From Candidatus Omnitrophota bacterium (GTDB lineage: Bacteria > Omnitrophota > Gorgyraeia > Gygaellales > Profunditerraquicolaceae), in NCBI GenBank assembly GCA_026387255.1, contig JAPLMA010000109.1:1-52557 (forward strand): a DNA stretch of 52,557 nt, in the 5' to 3' direction. Every line of letters begins with the position of its first letter. Position 1 is the first letter of the stretch. The notes under the pieces were generated by a model. The model searched no databases. It was given only the letters and a program-made list of their open reading frames with translations, and was not told where the DNA came from. Shown here in pieces: positions 47,168-52,557 of the stretch. A program made the position numbers and the translations under genes.

Positions 47168-48442
47168 TTACACTCCTTTATTTAATTTCTTAATAATCTG
47201 AATATTCTTATGCGTCGCCCCGCGATTTTTAATAATTAACGCGTAGGCACGCTCAACCAGCCCCTTAGCCAAAAGATTGTTATTTAGGAGTTCTTTTACT
47301 TTATCCGCTAACTCTCGGCTATTGGCCGCCATCAGCGCAGCTTGGTTTGCCAGGAATAATTCACTAATCTGGCGAAAGTTAAACATGTAAGGGCCGAAAA
47401 TTACCGGTTTCTTTAAGCTCGCCGGCTCAAGAATATTATGACCGCCTTTTTTTACCATACTCCCGCCGACAAAAACAATATCCGCCACAGAATAATAATT
47501 AAGCAATTGGCCGATAGTATCCAAAATAAATATCGGACGATTGATACAAGTTGGGCAGGCCGCAGAAATATTTGAAATAAACACTGGCATAAAACCACTA
47601 TCCACTGCCAATTTGGAAATCTTTTCACTGCGCTCAGGATGGCGCGGAGCAATAAGAAGTTTTAGCTTCGGAAAAACCAGCAGAAGCTTTTGATAAGCGG
47701 CAAAAATTAGTTCTTCTTCGCCAGGATGCGTGCTGCCACAAACTAATAATTTATCAAATTGCCCTAACCAAAGTTTGTTCCGGCAGGTTAAAACATCTAA
47801 TTCGGCAATCGGATCTAAATTAATATCAAATTTTACGTTTCCGGTAACCTGAATTCTTTGCTGATCTACGCCTAAACTTTCTAAACGCAAGGCATCAAGA
47901 TCACTCTGTACGCAAAATTGTTTGACCATCCTTAAAATCGGTTGGATAAAAAATTTTATTATTCGATATCCGCCATAAGAACTATCCGAAATCCTGCCAT
48001 TAACCGTAATCGCCGGAATCTGTAATTTATCCAGGCTGGTAATCAAATTCGGCCAGATCTCAGTCTCCGCAATAATAAACATACAAGGATTAACCTTCTT
48101 TAAAACGTGCTTGACGACAAAACTAAAATCCAAAGGCAGATAAGTCAAAAAGTCTCCGTCCTTAACTAAACTTTGAGCAATTTTATTTCCAGTAGCAGTC
48201 ACCGTGGAAATAACCAACTTTTTACCGGGATAAGCCAGTCTTAACTGCGCCAAGAGTTCTTTTATGGCGATCGCTTCACCCACGCTCACGGCATGAATCC
48301 AGATTGGCCGATCTAAATTTAATTGAGCCGGTAGAAAACCCAAGCGCCTAAGAAATCCGGAATTAAGTTTCCCGCGTAGAAAATACAACGGCAAATATAC
48401 CAGCGCAAAAATTAAGAATATCGCATCGTAAAATACAAACAT
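47168..48442 (-). CDS. waaA: 3-deoxy-D-manno-octulosonic acid (Kdo) transferase
   Basis: N-terminal anchor, IWIHAVSVGEAIA motif, GT30 C-terminal GGSMVKKGGHNILEPA block. Confidence 0.9.
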   Translation of the reverse strand: MFVFYDAIFLIFALVYLPLYFLRGKLNSGFLRRLGFLPAQLNLDRPIWIHAVSVGEAIAIKELLAQLRLAYPGKKLVISTVTATGNKIAQSLVKDGDFLTYLPLDFSFVVKHVLKKVNPCMFIIAETEIWPNLITSLDKLQIPAITVNGRISDSSYGGYRIIKFFIQPILRMVKQFCVQSDLDALRLESLGVDQQRIQVTGNVKFDINLDPIAELDVLTCRNKLWLGQFDKLLVCGSTHPGEEELIFAAYQKLLLVFPKLKLLIAPRHPERSEKISKLAVDSGFMPVFISNISAACPTCINRPIFILDTIGQLLNYYSVADIVFVGGSMVKKGGHNILEPASLKKPVIFGPYMFNFRQISELFLANQAALMAANSRELADKVKELLNNNLLAKGLVERAYALIIKNRGATHKNIQIIKKLNKGV

Positions 48443-48490
48443 CTACGCTTCCCCCTATCTGCTATCTACCTACCTACTAACTACTGTTTT

Positions 48491-49190
48491 TTAAGCATGC
48501 GGATGCGCTTTATCATAAACACGCTTTAGCTTATCCGTGGTCATATGCGTATAGATCTGCGTTGAAGATAAACTCGCATGGCCCAGAAGCTCCTGCACTG
48601 TGCGCAGGTCTGCCCCATGATTTAAAAGATGCGTGGCAAATGAATGCCGAAAAGTATGCGCGGAAACTCCCGGCTTAATTCCGGAAGCATTAAGGAAGGA
48701 TACCACTGATAAAATCAATATCCGCTAAATTTAACCCGACTAACTCCGAAATACGCAAACCGCTGGAATAAAATACTTCCAAAATTGCCCGATCACGCAG
48801 GCCCAAAAGATCTTTTTGGGTTTTGGCAAAAGCTGATTCGATCAACCGGCCAACCTCATCCTCAGTCATAAACGAAGGCAGATGTTTTTCTAACTTCGGG
48901 CTAGAAAGCATCAGTATGGGGTTAGTCTTAATATACCCTTCACGGCAGAGGAATCTAAAAAAACTACGCAACGTCGATAATCGGCGGCCCACCGTACGAT
49001 TACAGAAATTCTTTTCCTTTAAAACTGCCAGGTATTTTCTTAAATCCAAATAATCAATTTTTTCCAGTTCGCTCCCGGCGATAAATTTATTAAACCCTTG
49101 CAGGTCTAATTTATAGTTTAAAATCGTATGCGCAGAGTAGTTTTTCTCAATTTCCAGATAACGCACAAATTTTTCAATATATTTATCCAT
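48491..49190 (-). pseudogene. xerC: Tyrosine recombinase XerC/XerD with an internal deletion and frameshift
   Basis: N-fragment (166 aa) has the core-binding domain and the RDRAILEVFYSSGLRISELVGL box, and stops at [10 protein letters not shown]. The C-fragment (75 aa, other frame, TTG pseudo-start) resumes at [22 protein letters not shown]...LLGH...IYTH. The roughly 60-70 aa that should carry the GKGxKxR beta-hairpin are missing. Confidence 0.75.
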
Positions 49191-49208
49191 AATTAAATTT
49201 GAAACTAT

Positions 49209-49223
49209 TCTAACCAGGTTAGA
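49209..49223. promoter_or_regulatory. Perfect 7-1-7 palindrome TCTAACC-A-GGTTAGA upstream of xerC
   Basis: Read directly at 49209-49223, between the topA stop (49232) and the xerC start (49190). Confidence 0.3.
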
Positions 49224-49231
49224 GTTACCCG

Positions 49232-51232
49232 CTAATTTTCTTCCTTATCTTGCGGTAAGTCACGCGAAGTAAAAGTACATTTAGGAAAATTTGAACAACC
49301 GTAGAAAAATCCGCGCTTAGAATGGCGCTCGATTAACTCTCCCCCGCAATTCTCGATTCCACACTTAACTCCCGAAGTAATCGACTTGGAATTCTTACAC
49401 TCCGGAAAACCCGAACAACTCAAAAATTTCCCGCGCCTTCCCCACTTTACAATTAAAGGCTTACCGCATTTATCACAGAGCTCATCCGTAGTGACAACTT
49501 CCTTGACGATGTTGGTTTGAGCAAAATCAAGGCTCTCCTTAAAAGGCAAATAAAAATCTTCTAATATTTTAGCTCGGCTAAGCGTACCTTCTGCAATCTC
49601 ATCCAGTTTTTCTTCAATTAAAGCCGTAAATTTTACGTCGATAATCTTAGGAAAATATTCTACCAGCATATCATTTACCTTAAAACCCAGCTCCGAAGGA
49701 TTAAGGTAGCCTTTAATCCGGCGGACATAATCACGCAAAATAATCGTATAAATAATTGGCGCGTAAGTCGAAGGCCGGCCAATCCCCTCTTCTTCCAAAG
49801 CCTTAATTAATGAACTATCCGAGAACCGGGACGGAGGCTTGGTAAAATGCTGCGAAGGGGTAAGAGTTCTTAAGCCGAGCAATTCACCAATTTCTAAGGG
49901 AGGAATTACATTTTTAGATTTTTCTTTCTCCTCATCAGCCTCTTCTTTTTCTTCTGTCTGAATTTTATTATAAGCAGCCAGAAAACCCTCAAAAAGTAAA
50001 TGGCTTCCGTTAGCGACAAATAAATACTTATCCGCTAGAATATCCACCGCCGTTGCCAAAAACTCCGCCGGTTTCATTTGGCTGGCCAAAAAACGATTAT
50101 AAATAAGCGTATAAAGCCGTATTTGATCATGGTTAAGAAAATCCACTAGGCTTTCCGGTGACCGGCAAATGTAACTAGGGCGAATTGCCTCATGTGCTTC
50201 CTGCGCGGACTTTTTAGCTTTAAAAACATTCGGTTTCTCCGGAATAAAATTTTTGCCAAAACTTCTTCCAATATGCTCGCGCACCTCAGCAATAGCTTCC
50301 ACAGCGACATTAGGAGAATCCGTACGCATATAAGTAATTAAACCTACGGGATTATCCTCGCCAATATCAATACCTTCATAAAGCTGCTGGGCGATCAACA
50401 TCGTCTTGGAAGCATTGAATCTAAGCTTATTAAACGCCTCCTGCTGCAGAGTACTGGTAATAAACGGAGCCGGAGGGTAACGCTTTTTTTCTGTCTTTTT
50501 AATCTCTAAAACCCTAAACTCTTTGTCCTTTAATTGTTCACAGATATTTTGCGCATCCTGATTAGCTGAAATCTCTGCTTTCTGATTGTCAATTTTCTCA
50601 AGCTTAGCGTAAAAATTACTCTCCCCCGAAACTTTAGGCTTAAATAATTCCGCAGCAATCTCCCAATATTCAGTAGCGAGGAATTTTTGAATCTGCCGCT
50701 CCCTTTCCACAATTAATCTTAATCCAACAGACTGCACGCGCCCGGCGCTTAAGCCCCGGGCAATTTTTTTCCAGAGTAAAGGGCTCAAAAAATATCCCAC
50801 CATCCGGTCCAGAACCCTGCGGCCAACCTGAGCCTCAATCATTTTAATGTCAAACTCCCGCGCGTTTTTAAAAGCTTCTGCCACCGCATGCGGAGTAATC
50901 TCATGAAAACTTACTCTTAAAACGTTTTTACCTTTAAACAATTTCTCTTTTATCTGCCAGCCGATCGCCTCGCCTTCCCGGTCAGGGTCGGTAGCAATAT
51001 ATATATTTTCTTTCCCCTTAGCTTCTTTTTTCAATTGCGCTAATATTTTCTTCCTACCCGGAATCACTACATATGTCGGCTTAAAGTTATCTTCTACATC
51101 CACTCCCAACTTTTTCGCCGGCAAATCAATAATATGGCCCATCGATGAAACGACCCGAAAATCATCGCCCAGGATCTTACTGATAGTTTTAGCTTTAGTC
51201 GGTGACTCAACAATCACTAGATTTTTACTCAT
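49232..51232 (-). CDS. topA: DNA topoisomerase I (type IA) with C-terminal zinc ribbons
   Basis: TOPRIM VIVESPTKAKTI and DPDREGE, active-site region ITYMRTDS, C-terminal CDKCGK...CSGFPEC and CGGE...CSNFPKC fingers. Confidence 0.97.
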   Translation of the reverse strand: MSKNLVIVESPTKAKTISKILGDDFRVVSSMGHIIDLPAKKLGVDVEDNFKPTYVVIPGRKKILAQLKKEAKGKENIYIATDPDREGEAIGWQIKEKLFKGKNVLRVSFHEITPHAVAEAFKNAREFDIKMIEAQVGRRVLDRMVGYFLSPLLWKKIARGLSAGRVQSVGLRLIVERERQIQKFLATEYWEIAAELFKPKVSGESNFYAKLEKIDNQKAEISANQDAQNICEQLKDKEFRVLEIKKTEKKRYPPAPFITSTLQQEAFNKLRFNASKTMLIAQQLYEGIDIGEDNPVGLITYMRTDSPNVAVEAIAEVREHIGRSFGKNFIPEKPNVFKAKKSAQEAHEAIRPSYICRSPESLVDFLNHDQIRLYTLIYNRFLASQMKPAEFLATAVDILADKYLFVANGSHLLFEGFLAAYNKIQTEEKEEADEEKEKSKNVIPPLEIGELLGLRTLTPSQHFTKPPSRFSDSSLIKALEEEGIGRPSTYAPIIYTIILRDYVRRIKGYLNPSELGFKVNDMLVEYFPKIIDVKFTALIEEKLDEIAEGTLSRAKILEDFYLPFKESLDFAQTNIVKEVVTTDELCDKCGKPLIVKWGRRGKFLSCSGFPECKNSKSITSGVKCGIENCGGELIERHSKRGFFYGCSNFPKCTFTSRDLPQDKEEN

Positions 51233-52318
51233 TTAGCTCCTTACAAACTGTTTACCCGGCAATGCTTTAATTAATTTCTTAAACTGTAATTTTAAAATTA
51301 AGCTCAAAACCTGGCTGCTGCACAGCGATGTCTTTTGAATTAAATCATCTATCGCTATCGGCTGCTGGGTTATGTATTCATAAAGCCGGTTTTCTTCGTT
51401 TCGGCAGGTAATTTCTTGTTTTTTCACCGTAGCTTCTATTTTTTTCATACTCCCGGCAACTAAATTCAACTCTTCAAGAATATCATCGCAACAGGTAACT
51501 ATTTTTGCTCCTTGTTTAAGCAAAACATTAGTCCCCATTGAGCCAACCGAATCTATCCTACCCGGTAAAGCAAAAACCTCCCGGCCTTGTTCCAAAGCAA
51601 AATCCGCGGTAATTAATGCCCCGCTATTCCTGGCTGCTTCAGTAATTAAAACGCCTAAACTTAAACCGCTGATTAAACGATTACGCCGGGGAAAATTTCC
51701 CGGCAAAGGTTTAGCATCCATAGGAAATTCAGAAATAACTGCTCCGGAGAAAGAAATCTCTTTAGCCAAATCCGCATTCTCCGCAGGATAAATGTGATTA
51801 AACCCACTACCAATTACCGCAATCGTGCGCCCCTTAGCTTTTAAAGCTCCACGATGCGCGTAAGTATCTACTCCGCGGGCCATCCCGGAAACAATAGTTA
51901 TTCCTTGCGTAGATAACGCAGCCGCAAATTTTTCCGCATTACTTAAACCGTAAAAAGAAGCACGCCGCGAACCAACAATACCAATCGCCAAATTATCCTG
52001 CGCAGTCATGCTGCCTAAAACATAAAGCACAATCGGAGCCCCGGGTATTTCTTTAAGGAGTTGCGGATAATCTTCATCAAAAAACGTAATAATTTTCAAA
52101 CCTGCTTTTTTAGCTGAAGCCAAATCATTTTCCAAACGCTGAATATCAAAAGAAATAATCCTTTCGCCTAAATGCTCACCTACCGCCGTAGCTAAATCCT
52201 TACGGCTGGCTTTAAATATATTAAGCGGCTGCTGAAAATTATTAAGCAGGCTTTCCAGCCGCACACTGCCAATCTGTGGAATAAGGTTTAAACTTACTAA
52301 AGCCTCGAAATTATTCAT
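51233..52318 (-). CDS. dprA: DNA processing protein DprA
   Basis: GSRRASFYG, SGMARGVDTYAHRGAL, FPRRNRLISGLS Rossmann-like DprA motifs, plus a C-terminal winged-helix-like tail. Confidence 0.93.
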   Translation of the reverse strand: MNNFEALVSLNLIPQIGSVRLESLLNNFQQPLNIFKASRKDLATAVGEHLGERIISFDIQRLENDLASAKKAGLKIITFFDEDYPQLLKEIPGAPIVLYVLGSMTAQDNLAIGIVGSRRASFYGLSNAEKFAAALSTQGITIVSGMARGVDTYAHRGALKAKGRTIAVIGSGFNHIYPAENADLAKEISFSGAVISEFPMDAKPLPGNFPRRNRLISGLSLGVLITEAARNSGALITADFALEQGREVFALPGRIDSVGSMGTNVLLKQGAKIVTCCDDILEELNLVAGSMKKIEATVKKQEITCRNEENRLYEYITQQPIAIDDLIQKTSLCSSQVLSLILKLQFKKLIKALPGKQFVRS

Positions 52319-52557
52319 TTTTTAGCCATAAGTATTTTGGAAATCTTAGCCACTACCTGTTTAATGGAAAGATCTGAGGTATCAATTGCCTTGTCCGCTT
52401 GCATATAATAAGGCGTACGCATTTTTAACAAAAGCTCAATGCGCTCCCGAGGATGAGCGACATTTAAAATCGGGCGCAACGAGTTAGATGAAACTCTTTT
52501 TAGAATTTCTTCGCCATTAGCGCAAAGACAAATCAAAATCCCGCTCTTTTTCATTAT
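52315..52557 (-). CDS. aroK: Shikimate kinase, C-terminal part (5' end beyond the window)
   Basis: ILICLCANGEEILKRV...RPIL...ELLLKMRTPYYMQADKAIDTSDLS follows the AroK C-terminal pattern (VVWL.A....R......RPLL...L...R.P.Y...AD..IDT). Confidence 0.72.
   Translation of the reverse strand: MMKKSGILICLCANGEEILKRVSSNSLRPILNVAHPRERIELLLKMRTPYYMQADKAIDTSDLSIKQVVAKISKILMAKK

Overview
This 52.6-kb chromosomal segment carries about 50 credible genes, and all of them lie on the minus strand. They are tightly packed, with many 1-50 nt overlaps. I found no rRNA, tRNA, CRISPR array, transposase or integrase-bearing element. Housekeeping content: queA, queH, ruvB, scpA, trpS, infB, nusA, rimP, proS, tig, clpP, greA, topA, dprA, aroK. 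There is an isoprenoid/phospholipid block (ispG, rseP, dxr, cdsA, uppS). Also present are purA, serA with a class-V aminotransferase, and a GH57 branching enzyme with its DUF4912 partner. A large outer-membrane/LPS block holds lptB, a two-module LptC/LptA-like gene, kdsC-kdsD-kdsA-kdsB and a heptose-7-P kinase. The same block has four GT9 heptosyltransferase domains and two GT4 domains (several fused), an ELM1-like gene, lpxL-like, lpxK and waaA. The host is therefore a diderm, fairly AT-rich bacterium, probably from an uncultivated lineage; Omnitrophota-like is only a guess. The most unusual region is 33.8-35.5 kb, inside the LPS operon. It holds a deoxyhypusine-synthase-like gene, a 70-nt near-perfect extended RNA hairpin with strand-specific G.U pairing, and an AT-rich ORF6N/KilA-N-type DNA-binding gene. 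A perfect 10-bp hairpin sequesters that gene's Shine-Dalgarno sequence, and an orphan copy of a terminator arm found 34.8 kb away sits next to it. Other notable points: domain-loss variants of core proteins (trigger factor without PPIase, ProRS without the INS editing domain). A GT9-GT9 fusion is joined by a GC-rich palindromic REP-like linker. An lpxL-ELM1 fusion is broken by a 1-nt homopolymer frameshift. A xerC/D gene has an internal deletion. A perfect 28-bp tandem duplication lies directly after the start codon of a secreted degenerate-phosphoesterase/thioredoxin-like protein. A GUUUCGAGUUU repeat array lies in the trpS leader. All functional calls rest on my reading of the translated ORFs and motifs; no database search was possible.
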